From: Callorhinchus milii | Taxonomy: Eukaryota | Assembly (NCBI RefSeq): GCF_018977255.1 | Contig: NW_024704742.1 | Location: 76,014,001-76,078,000 of the forward strand | Direction of reading: 5' to 3' | DNA length: 64,000 nucleotides | The notes under the pieces: generated by a model | What the model was told of the DNA's origin: nothing | The model's input: the letters and a program-made list of their open reading frames with translations, nothing else | The model's database searches: none | Program-made: the position numbers and the translations under genes | Part shown: in pieces, positions 50,050-63,239 of the stretch | Layout of the letters: each line of letters starts with the position of its first letter | Numbering within the stretch: position 1 is the stretch's first letter

Positions 50050-50597
50050 AAATTGGTTCCATCCCTCTGCCTTCTCTTCCTAACATGTCTCTGCCTCTGT
50101 TTCCCCTCATCTGGTCCCCGACTAGGACCGTCTTCCTCCACCAGCCTCACATTGCACGCCTCCAACTGTACCTCCAACCCCCAGACGCACACAATTCTAG
50201 CTAGGCTCCACTGGCTCCTGATCGCCGAATGGATCAATTTCAAGATCCTTGCACTCATTTTCCCTTCATACCCTGGCACCTCCCTACCTCTCCGACCTGC
50301 TTACTTCCTAACTGACTACCCACTGCCACCATTCGACTAGCTCCAGCCTTCTGCATGTCCCCGGGATCTCCATTCCACCGTCGGTAGCCATGCTTTCAGC
50401 CACTATGCCCCGAAACTCTGGAACAATCTTCCTCTATCCCTCCGCCTTGCCCCTTCCTTCCCCATCTTCAGATTGCGCCTCTTCGACAGTGCCTATGGTC
50501 ATCTCTCCCTTCCTCCCCGGCTCGGAGTCATGTTCCAAGTGCTCTGGGACGCAACCCTGTATGAGGAGCGCTCTGTAAATGCAAGTTGTTGCTGTTG
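50050..50597 (+). mobile_element. L2 LINE 3' fragment
   Basis: Translates to LARLHWLLIAEWINFKIL; tail gcgctctgtaaatgcaag(ttg)n. Confidence 0.8.
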
Positions 50598-50949
50598 TTA
50601 TAACTCCTAATGGAACAATTCTTTGGTTAGCATTGCAGCCGGTTAGTACTTGGCGCACTTATCTGCACTGTTTATTTATCCTCAAAAGGGCCAGTCTCAA
50701 TTAGTGCGGATAATCGGTTCTCTTCTGAATTAATCTAGCGAATCGCCACTGGATGCTGTCCAAAGTTTATATATTATTCGTTGACTCAAGCGCCCAAAAT
50801 AGGACACAATATTCCAAATGAGGTCTGGCCAGTTCTCTATGTAACCAAGCAGCAATTTTGTGCTGACAAATGAGTTTCACAACATATAGAATAGGACTCC
50901 TAAGTTCTTTGTTCATCTACTCCTCCTAGTATTTCCCCATTCCTCTCAA

Positions 50950-51225
50950 ACTTGTCAACCAGCGAACACCCGTATGCTCCATGTAACCCATTTAATCCGC
51001 CGCATCATTGGTGTCCAGGCTTTCAGTTTATCTACCCCACTCTCTGGAACTCCATGGGAATCCTGTTGACTAGCCCTTCCCTCGCTTCCTTCAAGGTCCG
51101 TTTCAAGACTTTCCTCTTTGATCACATCTTTGGCCATGTTGTCCCCCCACCCCCCCTCAACTCAGGTGTCAACCACCTTGCAATTTCCTCTTGACGTAAA
51201 AGGTACTATATGAATATAAATTTGC
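50950..51225 (+). mobile_element. L2 LINE 3' fragment
   Basis: Translates to PTLWNS...SLASFKVRFKTFLF. Confidence 0.7.
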
Positions 51226-51584
51226 ATTGGATTTAGAGCATATTCGCAGCAGCCATTCTTGCATCCAAAGTTTACTCTCTCACACTTTGTAATGTCAAAC
51301 TCCATTTACCACATTTCGGCCACTAGCGTTGCAATTTTCTCTTGTCTTCACAATTTACAACACCTCTGAGCTAAGTGTCATCAGCAAACTTAGAAATACT
51401 TCCTCTATTTCTATATCAAGGACATTTTTAAATATATATTGATATATAATATATATATATATAGAGAGAGAGAGTGAATATTTTAATTCCATTATGTTTA
51501 ATTGGTACTTTTTAGAAGGGACTTTGCTTTCTAAAAATCCATACAAATTGCTTCCATCAATCCACATTTATCCACATCCACGTG

Positions 51585-51912
51585 AAGTCCTGTAGCTCAG
51601 TGGAGTCCTGTAGCTCAGTGGTTAGAGCACTCGCTTTGCAAGCGAGAGACCTGAGTTCAATTCCAGGCACAGGGCGAAACCTTGGGCAAGTTTCCTTACT
51701 CCACACGCCTAATAATAATCCCTCCAAAAACAAAACAATAATAAATTGGTCATTTTCAATCTACGACTGTTTGTGGGACATTGCTGTGCGCAATTGGCAG
51801 CCGCGTTCGCCCACAAATATACAGTCAATTCACTTTACAGTGTGTTCTGTGAAGCGCTTTGGGACGTCCTCCTGACGTGAAAAGCGCTATATCAAATGCA
51901 AGGATTATTATT
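51585..51912 (+). mobile_element. Young tRNA(Ala)-derived SINE, family A short form, with L2-type tail
   Basis: A box tagctcagtgg, anticodon arm ctcgc-tttgcaa-gcgag, B box gagttcaattcc, tail aagcgctatatcaaatgcaagga(tta)n. The first ~18 nt are tandemly duplicated. Confidence 0.92.
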
Positions 51913-53992
51913 ATCTATACTTCTACGGTTCAGTCAAAGAACTCCATTAGGATTATGACAAATGATTTTCCTTTCACAAAACCATGTTGACTCTCCCCGA
52001 TTTAGGCAAATTTATCCAAATGCTCAGTTTTCTGTCTATAATGATCAATTCCAGTAAAACTGCTGTTAGACTCGTAGTTACTTGATTTGTTCTTTCTTTC
52101 TTGAATGATGGCATCACATTCTCTATCTTCCAATCTGCTCGGATAATTCCCAAATTTGAGGTTTAAATTTAGAAATTTCTCAAGGATTGAAACATGAATT
52201 ACCTGAATAGCAGACCTACTCTAACCCCTTCCCAAACTGTTCTCAATTGTGGTGTCAATGAACCAAGTTGTCCTTTTATCTCCTGACTCATGGATAGTGG
52301 GATAGAAGCTTTGCTCTGAGATTTATGATAAGAAAAAAGCAGAAACCCGGTTAACTAGTAATCCAAAGCCTTGACTCTTTCGAAAATGTGTAACCAGGCT
52401 TCACAGACATCAGTGTAGAGGGCAGTGTAAGGAGATCACCACACCCCAGCACAAATGGGTAATACATCTGTCCACACGTTTATGGAATTGAAAACCACTG
52501 TTAAACCCCATGACATATATACAATTGGCAAAATGGACAATAAGGTAACATAAAACACTGGGCTATTTGTTGCAAGGCAGAGTCTGGCTGGGAGTCTGGT
52601 TGGCCAATGTCAGCCCAGCCAAAGCATTTGCCTGCTGTCCCATGTCTCAGTTCGCCACCTTACGAGTGGAGTCAGGGAGCATCGGAGAGTGCTGGGGAGA
52701 AAAAAAAGAGGTGCGAGAGGGCAAAATAAGAGGTGAAGAGGAAAGGAGGAAAGGTTGGGACCTCACTTTTGTTGGGTCACTGGCAATGACATGTCAGGGA
52801 TCCCCAGAGCTCAGAGCTCTCACCTGCTCAAGTGAAGATCCTCCATCACAGGCTGTTATTTAGCCAACTTAATTTCTCAATGTGAGAGAATTAAATGAAG
52901 TTGTTCTAGTCAGTGTGTGGATAAGCATTGGTTTTATAGATTTGCCCACAAAACACATAGTCACTACAATTGATGTGAAAGGTGCTACACCAATGTAAGG
53001 ATTATTATTAATATACTATATTAAATCCTGCTGGTACCAGATGTGTGTCACATGGATGCTCCAGAACAAACCTGTGCAGATCAGGTTTCCAAAGATGGTC
53101 TATATTCACTGCTTCCAGCATAACGCTCAAACCACTGGTGAAAGTACACCAGGTTGTTCTGGTTGTGAATAACCTGCACAATATCAAGGTTATACAGAGT
53201 TACTGGGTTTCTTTTATAGGTAATCTGACTGTCAGATATTGCTTCTCCAACTAGCAAAGTGTTGTTGTAGGCATTTAAATATACTGTGCATGGTTGGTCT
53301 GAAGATGTCCACATTAATGATTTAAAGCCACATGCTATGATGCACTTAGTTGAGACATATCTTTTCAAGACTGAAGAGCCCTAGGTTCGCAATGGACTGC
53401 AAGTTCCAACAACAACAACTTGCATTTATAAAGTGCCCTTCACATGGCATAACGTCTTGGATCGCTTAACAATAGCGTAATTTGACTCTGAGCTGTGAAG
53501 AAAAGGGAGGTGACCATAGGCACAGTCAAACAGAAAAGGCCCCAGGTGCGATCTGAAGACAAGCTCAGTTTACTTCTCAGGAACTTGCATCGTGCCTTAC
53601 ACTGATCCGTAGGACTTCCAAGCTTTGCAAAGCACCCTGTTTTGAATTGTGCGGCTAAATAATTTGAGTGTTGAAGCAACTTTGGCAGAGTTCCAGATTA
53701 TTGCAGGAAATGTGCTTCCAGCACTAGCTCACGCCACTCAATCACTTAGAAACAGCAGGCAGAAATGTTCCTGAACAGATAGTCAAAACCAGCCTGATGG
53801 TTAGACAAGGTGCTGTTAAAAGGCAGGTCTTCTTCCCAGATGCACATCACTCCTATATTTGGGACTGCTCAAGATCCTCTCTTTTGATTTGCAAGTGACA
53901 TTTCTTGGAAAAGAGCAGAAATTAGTGCTAAGGATCCTGAAAAAGACTGCGAGTATATGTTTTCAGGTAAATGCAGCAGCCAATTTGCACAC

Positions 53993-54301
53993 AATAATAA
54001 TAATCCTTGCATTTGATATAGCACTTTTCATGTCTTCTAGACGTCTCAAAGCGCTTCACGGAATATACTGTTGAGTGAATTGACTATATATTTCTGAGCG
54101 AAATGTGGCAGCCAATTGAGCACAGCAGTGTCCCACAAACAGTTGTGGATGAAGTAACCAAGTTATTATTGTTTTTTTTCTTGAGGGATTATTATCAAGC
54201 ATGTGGAGCAAGGAAATTTGCCCAATGTTTTGCCCTACCGGGAATCAAACCCCGGCCTTTTGCTTGCAAAGTGCGTGCTTTAACCACTAAGCTACAGGAT
54301 C
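53993..54301 (-). mobile_element. SINE family A, short form, nested in an older SINE
   Basis: Reverse-complement match to family A. Confidence 0.88.
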
Positions 54302-55319
54302 CTAACACTGGAATGTCAGTCTGGACCATGAGTCTTGGATCAAAAAACAGGGACTTGAACCCATAAGTTAACTTCCTGACCAAGGAACAAGAGTGCTAAC
54401 TACTAAGACAAACTGATATCTATAGAACAGGCTTAAACCAGAATACGATTTAAGATAGCGAACTTTATAGCTTTTGTTATCACAGGATCATGTTTATCAC
54501 ACTCCAGATGTAGTAAATAACAACTCACTAACGTATCAAATGTTTGCTCATAGGACAGAACCGAACTCATACGTACTTAGATAATTTCACGCACATATTA
54601 TTTATTTTATTCTCAGCTCTGTGTTTCATATACTATTTGCTGGTGCATTGGACGTTGGACTCATCAAACATGAACTGACGTCAGTGTCTCTGCTCTGCCA
54701 ACTCATGAAACAAGCCTGTTTGTCCCATGACATACTGCAAAACACCAGGTAGGAAACAACAAATGCCATTTATAATCCTTGCAATTGATACAGTGCTTTA
54801 TCTTGTATTGAAACATCTCAAAGTGCTTCACAGTATTCATTGTAGTTTCATGACTGGTATTTGTCAGCAATGCAGTAAGTATTTCTACATTTATTTCAGA
54901 CTCCTAATAACAACGGAATGCGTTCAGCTAAAAAGAGTTTTGTGATTGTTAGCTAGGTTAGGTGTCCAACACCTTGGGATGTCCTCCCAATGTGAATGAG
55001 GTCTGAAATTCCACCCGTTTTCCACCTGTAAGATCATTTAACTATGTTAAATTCAGTCTTAACTTAGAAGCCAATTGTTTTTAAGAATTGAATTAAGAAA
55101 AATGTCTTCCAAATAAGAGTGAACTTAAGGATTTTCCCCAATTTCCAACGATATCTTAAATTTTAAGAGAAACTTAGTGAGAAATTCCTCCAGGGTCTAG
55201 ATCTACTCTATTTACATAGCATTGTAGAGTCTCCAGTATTTGGCAAATTGTTAAATTCAGTCTTAATTTTGAAGTCTTTTCTGTGGTTTAAAACTCCACC
55301 ACTGATATCGCTTCCAGCA

Positions 55320-55752
55320 CTAAACTCTGTACCCCATCACCCTAGTCCTTGCTAGGCTCTACTGGCTTTCTGTTGCAGAATAGATTAATTTCAAGATCGT
55401 CACACTAACCTACAAATCACTTCATGCACTCATACCTCCCTACCTTCTCATAACCCACTCCTTTCCCCACCCACTTCACTTGGCCAGCTCGGGCCATCCG
55501 CAAATCCCTCAACCCCTTCACTCCACCATCATTGACCTGGCTTTCAACTACAACGCCCCAACCTTCTGTAACTCCCTGCCTGTCAACCTCCTCTTCGCCC
55601 GTCTTCAAATCACAATTTCTTCTTTAACTGTGCCTACAGTCATCTCCCCTTTCTCCACAGATTCGGTGTCAAACTACGCCACTGATAAGTGCTCCGAGAT
55701 GTTACCCTATTTGAAGGGCATGATATAAATTCAAGTTGTTTTTGTTGTTGTT
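55320..55752 (+). mobile_element. L2 LINE 3' fragment
   Basis: Contains gattaatttcaagatcgtc, gccccaaccttctgtaactccctgcc and a (ttg)n tail. Confidence 0.8.
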
Positions 55753-55779
55753 GTATTAGTGGAAGATCTTAAAAGAAAG

Positions 55780-55885
55780 TTCTGATGAAAGGTCATCGAC
55801 CTAAAACCCCCAACTCCCTTTCCTCTCTCCATAGATGCTACATGACCTGCTGAGTGCTCCCAGCGACTTCTGTTTTCATTACAGA
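55780..55885 (+). mobile_element. Probable Penelope-like retroelement terminal fragment with a degenerate hammerhead-like motif
   Basis: ctgatga-a-aggtc-atc-gacct-aaaac followed by ctctccatagatgct..tgacctgctgagt..tcccagc. Confidence 0.5.
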
Positions 55886-56984
55886 AAACCAGCTTCAAAA
55901 TGATATCTTATAAAATTCTTATTAAAATACTTATAATACATACGGGGGGGAACGCTGTTAGAAGTCTCATTTTTTTGATGAGGTGGTAAACCAGAATTTC
56001 CCAACTCTCTGTTCAGGCGAACAATAAAGATCTCAAGGTGCTATTCAAAATGAGAGGGAATTTCTTCCAGTGTCCAGACCAACAATCTTTAAAATAAAAT
56101 GGTCCGTCATCTCATCCCTGGTCACAAATAATCACCAAATTTACTTCTACAGACAGATATATTTTACAGCAATTACAGTAATGCACTAGGAGATGTTTCA
56201 ACATGAGAAGGTATTAAAAACATAGGAGTTTCTTTCAGACTAAATGCAAGAATTGCAATAAAGTTCTTTCTACTTCCCTTCATACTGAGAGAGCCTGACC
56301 CAGTCCCTACCCGCAATTCCTGCCCCTTGTTTACATGCATAGAATACCAACTAATCATACTAAAGCAAATTCTCCCGATACAGTAACAAAAGACTAATGG
56401 GGGAAATATAGATCTAGATTTACTCTATTTCTCTAGCATTTTGAGAGTGCAAATTGTTAAATTCAGTCTTAACTTTGAAGTCAATTTACTTTGGAATTTC
56501 CTCCTGTATATGTTAAAATAAAAAATCATAATGAAGCTCAGGAAAAAGTGGTTTTAGAAGGGGTAGGTAGGTAGAGCTTAACAAAAATATCTTAAAACAT
56601 GAATTACTTATTGATTTTAATGGTGCTGAACTCTAAATGAACAAACCAAGTAATCCGAGTGGGCAGAGGATGTGGCTATTTCGGTAAACAATTTTGTATT
56701 TCATTTAATACTGATTCCTCCACATCAAGTGTAGGATGTATTATACAGTATCTACTGTTTTTTGAGAGGTGAGCATAATATTTACCAGTGGAAAATCAGT
56801 GGTGAGCTCTGGAACACTTTCCCACTCTTGCCACTCAGTATCAAGGAACAGCAGCAACTTATGTACATATGCAAGTCTTTTCACATAGGATAAAAGTCTC
56901 AAATTGATTCACAAAATGAGAAATAATTAGAAATGAAGTAAATGTTGTTTATGAAGACAATGATGGCAATTAATTTGTTCCAGT

Positions 56985-57288
56985 AATAATAATAATCCTT
57001 GAATTTGATATAGCGCTTTTCACTTCGGGAGGACGTCCCAAAGCGCTTCACAGAATATACTGTGAAGTGAATTGACTCTATATTTGTGGGCGAACGCGGC
57101 AGCCAATTGCGCACAGCAATGTCCCACAAACAGTCGTAGATTGAAAATGACCAATTTATGATTGTTTTTGGTTTTGGAGGGATTATTATTAGGTGTGTGG
57201 AGTAAGGAAACTTGCCCAAGGTTTCGCCCTGCCTGGAATTGAACTCACTTGCAAAGCGAGTGCTCTAACCACTGAGCTACAGGACTCC
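56985..57288 (-). mobile_element. SINE family A, young, with a small deletion in the head
   Basis: Reverse-complement match to 51603-51912. Confidence 0.9.
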
Positions 57289-58449
57289 GTAATGTTTTTG
57301 TACAAACGACTATGAGATAACAACATACAAAATTGGTCATTCACTTCTTGGCTGTTCCTGGGATACTGCTATACACAAACTGCCTGTCGCAATCGTCTAC
57401 AAATACACAGTCACTAGACTTGACAGAAAAATTCTGTGAAGTGCTTTGAGATATCTCGACAACATGATGAGGTATTATATCAAATGTAAAGATTATTATT
57501 ACTGTCTATTATTGTAAAAGTAACAAGAATATTTTGGAGTGAATTTGGATAAGGGAAGGATGTTAATCTGGGCAACTGAAATAGATCTTCACTTTTCTTT
57601 GAACTAGAAGCACCAAACTCCTAACAACCACCTGAATCACAAGACAGGTGGGTCCCCAAGTTAAGTACCAGAAAAGGCTAGAGACACAGAGTGGCTCTGG
57701 AGCAACATGCTTTAACCTTAGCCTCTGAAGAACACCTCTTACGGCACCAGTGTGAATGATTCCATTTCCCACACCAGCGAGACCAAAGACTACACCTAGT
57801 CTTAGCCTGATAGACCAGAATTATGGAAAATTATTTATATAATCTTAATCCAGAAGATGGTTGACATCTTTTGAAAACTGGATGCAGTCTAACCAGTGAT
57901 TTGTACAAAGTAGCATTATCACCTTGCCTTTGTACTTTGGTATAAAACCCATTAACTATTAGTTCTCTTTACAGCTTTCGCCACTTGTGATGCCATATTC
58001 AATGTATCTGCATTCCCAAATTGTTAAATAAAATCATCTTAGAGGCTAAGATTAGATGCAATTTCCACTCAGCTGAGACTTCTAATTTAGTGACAATTGT
58101 GAGCAGTGTTACACTTTTGTCATAGGCCCATTCAGCCACTGCTCAAATTTATGTTGTTTATTCTGACCCTCCTTGAGGTTCTGATGTTTTGCTGGGTTAC
58201 GATTCCACCAGCTTCTTTAGAATCTCAGCTGAGTGCCCTTTCAGACCTGATAAGGCACTATACAGGTTGCAAGGAGAAAGTTTTTCTCTCTCTCTTCATC
58301 TCTTTCTATAGGATATGAAGGTCCTATCTGTCGATCACCTAGTAAGTAAAGGCACCATTGAGTGCAACACTGGATAATCCAGGCAGATGATGGATCTGAA
58401 TCACAAGGCAGATTGGACCTAGATTAAGTGTTTCCCAAGTCAAGTACCA

Positions 58450-58985
58450 CCATTCTCAATGCCCTTGCCCCCATCACCTCCCCAACTACCTCCTACTCAC
58501 ACAACTCATCCTGGTGCACCAGCCACCATCGCTCACTCAAGGGTCAAGTGTGTGCCGCTGCACGCACCTGGCTCAAATCTGGTCTGGCAGATCCGGCTGG
58601 ACCGCATCAAGACTTACCACTCCACCCTTACCTCTGCTAAATCATCCTTCTATTCCAAGATAATCCCGGAGGCCAAGGAGAACCCCAGGCTCCTCTTCTC
58701 CACTACCAACTGATTCCTCTGTCAACTCTCTCATGCCTCTCCCATCCTCTCCTCCAACTCCAACTGCGAGAAGATGCAGGATTTCCTTGAGTCTAAAATT
58801 GAGGGGATCTGTTCAACTGCTCCACCCTCCCAAATGCCACCCCCTCCCCATCTCTCCCTCACACTCCGACCTCTATGCATCGCTCCCTCCACACCTTCAA
58901 ACCTGCCTCCCCCTCCTCTCTCACCATCACGATAACCAATGTTAAGTCCACAACCTACACCCTTGACACCATCCCTACCCCTTCC
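58450..58985 (+). mobile_element. L2 LINE internal ORF2 fragment
   Basis: Translates to YHSTLTSAKSSFYSKII...NPRLLFSTTN; homologous to 46060-46295. Confidence 0.8.
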
Positions 58986-59899
58986 ACTTTCATTGTGACT
59001 ATCTTACATTTCTTGTGACTATCTTATAGAAATGGTTAATCTATTGTTAAAAAATCCCTTTGAGTTAGAGATCCTACGTTCAATATGTACTACAACTGAA
59101 CAACCTATATGTAATAATTTCATAAATTTCTAAAGTGCTCATTCTGGTCTCCAAATAGTTACTATGGCAAGAGCTACAGTCACTTATAGATTTACAAACA
59201 GGACCTGTTTCTTTCAGTTGGGGTGAGCCTTTAATTTAATTAATTTATATAAATGCTGCCTAACAGCAGCTGAGGACGATAAGTTCTCATGAACATAAGC
59301 ATGAACATAAGCCTGCTGCTCTGACTTGTCGGTCCCAAATTGTCATCTCAGAGTGCTTCACAATGGTGAGGTTGGGTGTCGATGAAGGGAGAAGGGGAGC
59401 AAAATTCTGAACACTCTGAAATGAAACATAAACAGAGCAAATCTTAACCAGAGTGAAATCTCTCTCCGCCCATTTGCACCTCAGAGTACCTATTAAAAAT
59501 CCAGTTTTCGATCTGGTGTGTCCAACCTACAGGGCTTGAATAAGTCCCTTATGTGTTCACATGGTACTGTGTCGAGGATCAATAACTCCCATTTATGTTA
59601 CCACTGGTGCAAATTTTCTAACATGAAAGCAGCACTGCTGGTGAAGCATAAGGTCATATAAGCCAGAAGATAGCAGATGCATATTCTGGTCTGTAATGTG
59701 TTTCCCGATCTCAGCCAAGGCAGCAGTCAAGGCTACAAATAGAAAAACACCCAGGTTACAAAATAAATAATCCTCACATTGAATAATAATAATCTTTCCA
59801 TTTGATATAGCGCCTTATTGTGTCTTCGAGACATCTCAAAGTGCTTCACTGAATATACTGTAAAGTGAATTGACTGTATATTTTAGTGCCTTTCATGTC

Positions 59900-60445
59900 C
59901 AGGGAATGTCTCCAAATACTTCACAGGATATCATTTGTGGGTAACCAAGTCAGTCTAATTGTCCACAGCAATGTTCCACAATCAGGCATAAAACTAATTT
60001 TAGATGGGGGATTGCTGACCAGGACACCAGGAGAAACTCCTTTCTCATTTTCATGGGATCTTTTTAGTCCACCTCAACAGGCAGATGGGACCTTGGTTTA
60101 ACATCTCATTGAAAGGATGTTACTTCCAACAATGCAACACTCACCCAGCACAGCACTTGTGTGTCAGCCTAAACCAAGGTGTTCCAACCTTTTGGCATAA
60201 GCAATATTTTTGTGTTTTCCTTCCAAAAACATAACATTTACAGGTTATGGAGAGAGTGTGTGGGCTGGATGAAATTGAAGGAGTGGTTGGGCCCAATTAA
60301 ATCATCCCCAGGCCGGATATGGCCCACGGGCCACCAGTTGGACCACCCTGGCCTAAACTATGTGAGATTAAGTTACAACGTAGGGTATGAACCCCAAATC
60401 TTCTAAATCAGAGGTGAAGGTGCTACTATCTGAGCCAGGCTGACA
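59900..60445 (-). mobile_element. Deu-domain SINE, interrupted by a hAT MITE
   Basis: Core ggtttaacatctcattgaaagg; head ctgagccaggctgacac near 60430-60446. Confidence 0.75.
60175..60350. mobile_element. Non-autonomous hAT (Charlie-like) DNA transposon / MITE, 176 bp
   Basis: TIRs CAAGGTGTTCCAAC and GTTGGACCACCCTG match at 12/14. Perfect 8-bp TSD gcctaaac at 60167-60174 and 60351-60358. Subterminal ggccggatatggcccacgggcc. Confidence 0.9.
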
Positions 60446-60644
60446 CACAGCATCTCTATTCTCAGTTCTGCCGGTTACTGAAGGTCGCAATAGGGGCATG
60501 TCAGAGAATCTATTCTCCAACATACGAGAGGGCATCAATGAGCAAACCTGCTGCTAACCTGTTCAAGAACTCTCTTGAAAGCTCAACTGCAGGGCCCCTG
60601 ACCCTGATGGCTAATAAACTTAGACTGCTGATCTTTTTATGGTT

Positions 60645-61060
60645 CAGCCTGGCTCAGATGGCAGTACTCTCACCTCTGGGTCAGAAAGGTAAGGGTTCAA
60701 GCCCCACATCGATGCTTTGAAATTATATAGTCTAGGCTGACACTCCATTGCACTGCTGGGGATGTGCTGCATTGTCGGATGTGTCGTCCTTTGGATAGGA
60801 CATTAAACCGAGGTCCCATCTACCTGTTCAGGTGGAATTAAAGATCTCATTGCACAGTTTAAAAAGAGAAGGGAGTTTCTCATAGTATATTGGCCAATAA
60901 TTTCCAATATAAAATGGGTCATTCCCTTCATGACTGTTTGTAGGATACTGCTGTGTGCAAATTGGTTGCACATTTGCCAACAAAATACAATCACTACATT
61001 TTTCAGTAAATCCTGTGAAGCGCTTTGAGACGTCTTCCCAATATATATCAAATCAAGGAT
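60645..61060 (+). mobile_element. Deu-domain SINE (family B), full length
   Basis: tRNA-like head tggctcag...gggttcaagcc; core acattaaaccgaggtcccatctacctgttcaggtgga..aaagatctcattgcac resembles the DeuSINE (AmnSINE1/SacSINE1) domain; L2-type tail. Confidence 0.8.
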
Positions 61061-61144
61061 GACCTAATCATGCTAATGGTGATAAATCAAGATCACCACA
61101 AAACCGGAAGTGATTCCTTATTATCTTTCTTGCAGACCACCAGT

Positions 61145-61345
61145 TATAAATTCACATCTCAGTCTGTGTCAAGTTAGTTGGGCACTAGCTGGGGCACTGG
61201 TTGAGGCTACAATTGGCCTCAATGTCCCTGGGTTAAACAGGAGAAAATCAGCCGTGGATTCTGCTCCTTATCCTCAATGGAGATCCCTGATGGAAAGATA
61301 GTATATGTTGATGTTGAGTGAAAATAGGATTGAGCTTGGCTGAGA
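61145..61345 (+). mobile_element. Third SINE-like family (C); related decayed copies near 10130-10235 (+), 15065-15385 (-), 19945-20130 (+), 37305-37390 (+) and 59650-59760 (+)
   Basis: Shared motifs tctgtg.t.agttag, gctacaattggcctcaatgtccctggg, and aaaatcagcc..tgctcct.atc. Confidence 0.6.
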
Positions 61346-63239
61346 AAATAAATAAACTCTCAAACGTCAGAATGTCTCCACAGGAAAGCAATATGATTAC
61401 ACCCGCCTGTGGCCTGTCCTTGGCAGCCAGAAATTATGCGTTAAGCATTTTAAATGTGTGGTCATTACTGTAACACCAGTTATCGATTAACCAAATGACG
61501 CTCACTCATATGCTCCTTGCAAATAAAGATCCCACACTGGGCATTGTGTGACTCAAAGTTAACACCACATGCTCCTATTCTCAGACTAAAATGCAGCTGA
61601 CAGCTCAGTGGCTGAAGGCTTACTTCCCAGGGTGACATTAGTTGTTCGATCACAGGTATGCAATTGACAGATGATCCATACTCCTTGGCTGGAGGCTTGA
61701 TCCTCAACCTCCGCTGCATAGAATATACTCCAGGAGCAAAGTGTTCAATAACACACGCTGCCATTACGTGTAGTTTGAGGATAAATAGCTGAGGAAGCAG
61801 GAATGGACTAGTTTCTAGCAATGCTCCAGTGGGTAAATTTGTTGTCCTGTGTGGAACCAAATCATTTAGACCAGAAAAATCCCTGGGTTAATGGGTTAAG
61901 AACCAACTCAAATTCGATTTCAGTATGAGTATAGGGGAAAAGCAGAAGAAAGGGGTTAAACTGATAGCTTTTTCAGAGAGACAGCAGACACAATGGGCTT
62001 AATGGCCTCCTTCTTTCTGTACATTTCTACAGTTCCATCACCAATTCACACAACCAAGTGTGATTATACTTGTGAAGGGCAATTCTAGGATAGATATTGG
62101 GAAAGATTTATTTATGCCGAGGTTTAATCATCAGCTAGTTGAGGTCACCCAGGAAAGGTTATACAGCATCGGACCACTGGACGCGTTCAACAAACAACTC
62201 AATGTTATGATGGGAAGATTAGTTGGATTTGTATTGAGGGCGGATAAGATTGAATGGGGTGAAATTGATATTCCTGACCAATAACACAATTGAGTTTTTC
62301 AAACACTCTGAGATGTTATTTCCATGAAGAGGGATCCTAAACTAATAATGTTAACTCCTTGAGATACAAAAAGCAGCTGAAAAGGCATTGTAAAAAAGGA
62401 AATAAAAAACAAAAGAAAAACTTGAGAAAGAAAATCAACATCCACAACTATAAATCTTTGTATAAACTCTTAAAGGGCTGTATCCCAGTGAGAGGAAACC
62501 TGTTCCCAATTCCTGCTCTACTTCAATCGAGGAGCTTCTGCCTGACCAAGACACCCAGACCATGACTGGGAGAGATGTGTGGTTAAAGAGACAGTCCCTC
62601 TGTATTTTCTCAAGCTGAAATAATGCTCTTCGGAAACCTTCACGTCCACCCCCACCCCCCATTTCCATCTTGTTATCCAATTTTTGTTACAATTTTAGAT
62701 CAAAGCACTTTACATTAAAAGACGTCAGTTAAAAGCAGCCTTTTTGAATGAGAAATCAGAGGGAGATACCAGGTGTGGATGAAAAGGCAAGCCCAAAGGT
62801 TAGAGAAGGCACTTTGGATGAAACAGCAGGCACCGACAAAACAGCAGCTACTAACAGAAGGGAGTTGTAGGATTAGCCTGATATAGCCTGGAATTGAAGC
62901 TGAATTGGCATCATGCTGGAATTACAAAGGGTGCATAATCAGACTCGCAGATACCACGGTCAGATATAATGGGGTAAAAACAAAATATGATGATTATGGT
63001 GCAAATGGAATAAACAGCATTGTTAACATTAAAGTCATCGAAAACTACAGCATTTGTTACATCTCTCCAGTAAATGGAATTAAAGTGCATTATTGTGTCT
63101 TAATCACACTGAGATGTCTTAAAACACTTTATAGTAATGATAGCTACGTATAGTGACCTTTTTTGTAAGCAGCAGCCACTTGACTCTGATTCTCACACCT
63201 CAGAAGATGTATCAGATGTTCTATGGTCTGTGAGTCATT

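Noticed and set aside
51603..51676. tRNA-Ala-like cloverleaf, also at other SINE heads
   Set aside because: It continues into a multicopy SINE body and the acceptor stem is imperfect, so it is not a tRNA gene.
58990..59312. Micro tandem duplications (ttgtgactatctta x2, catgaacataag x2; similar ones at 303, 19855 and 48605)
   Set aside because: Ordinary slippage or repair scars.
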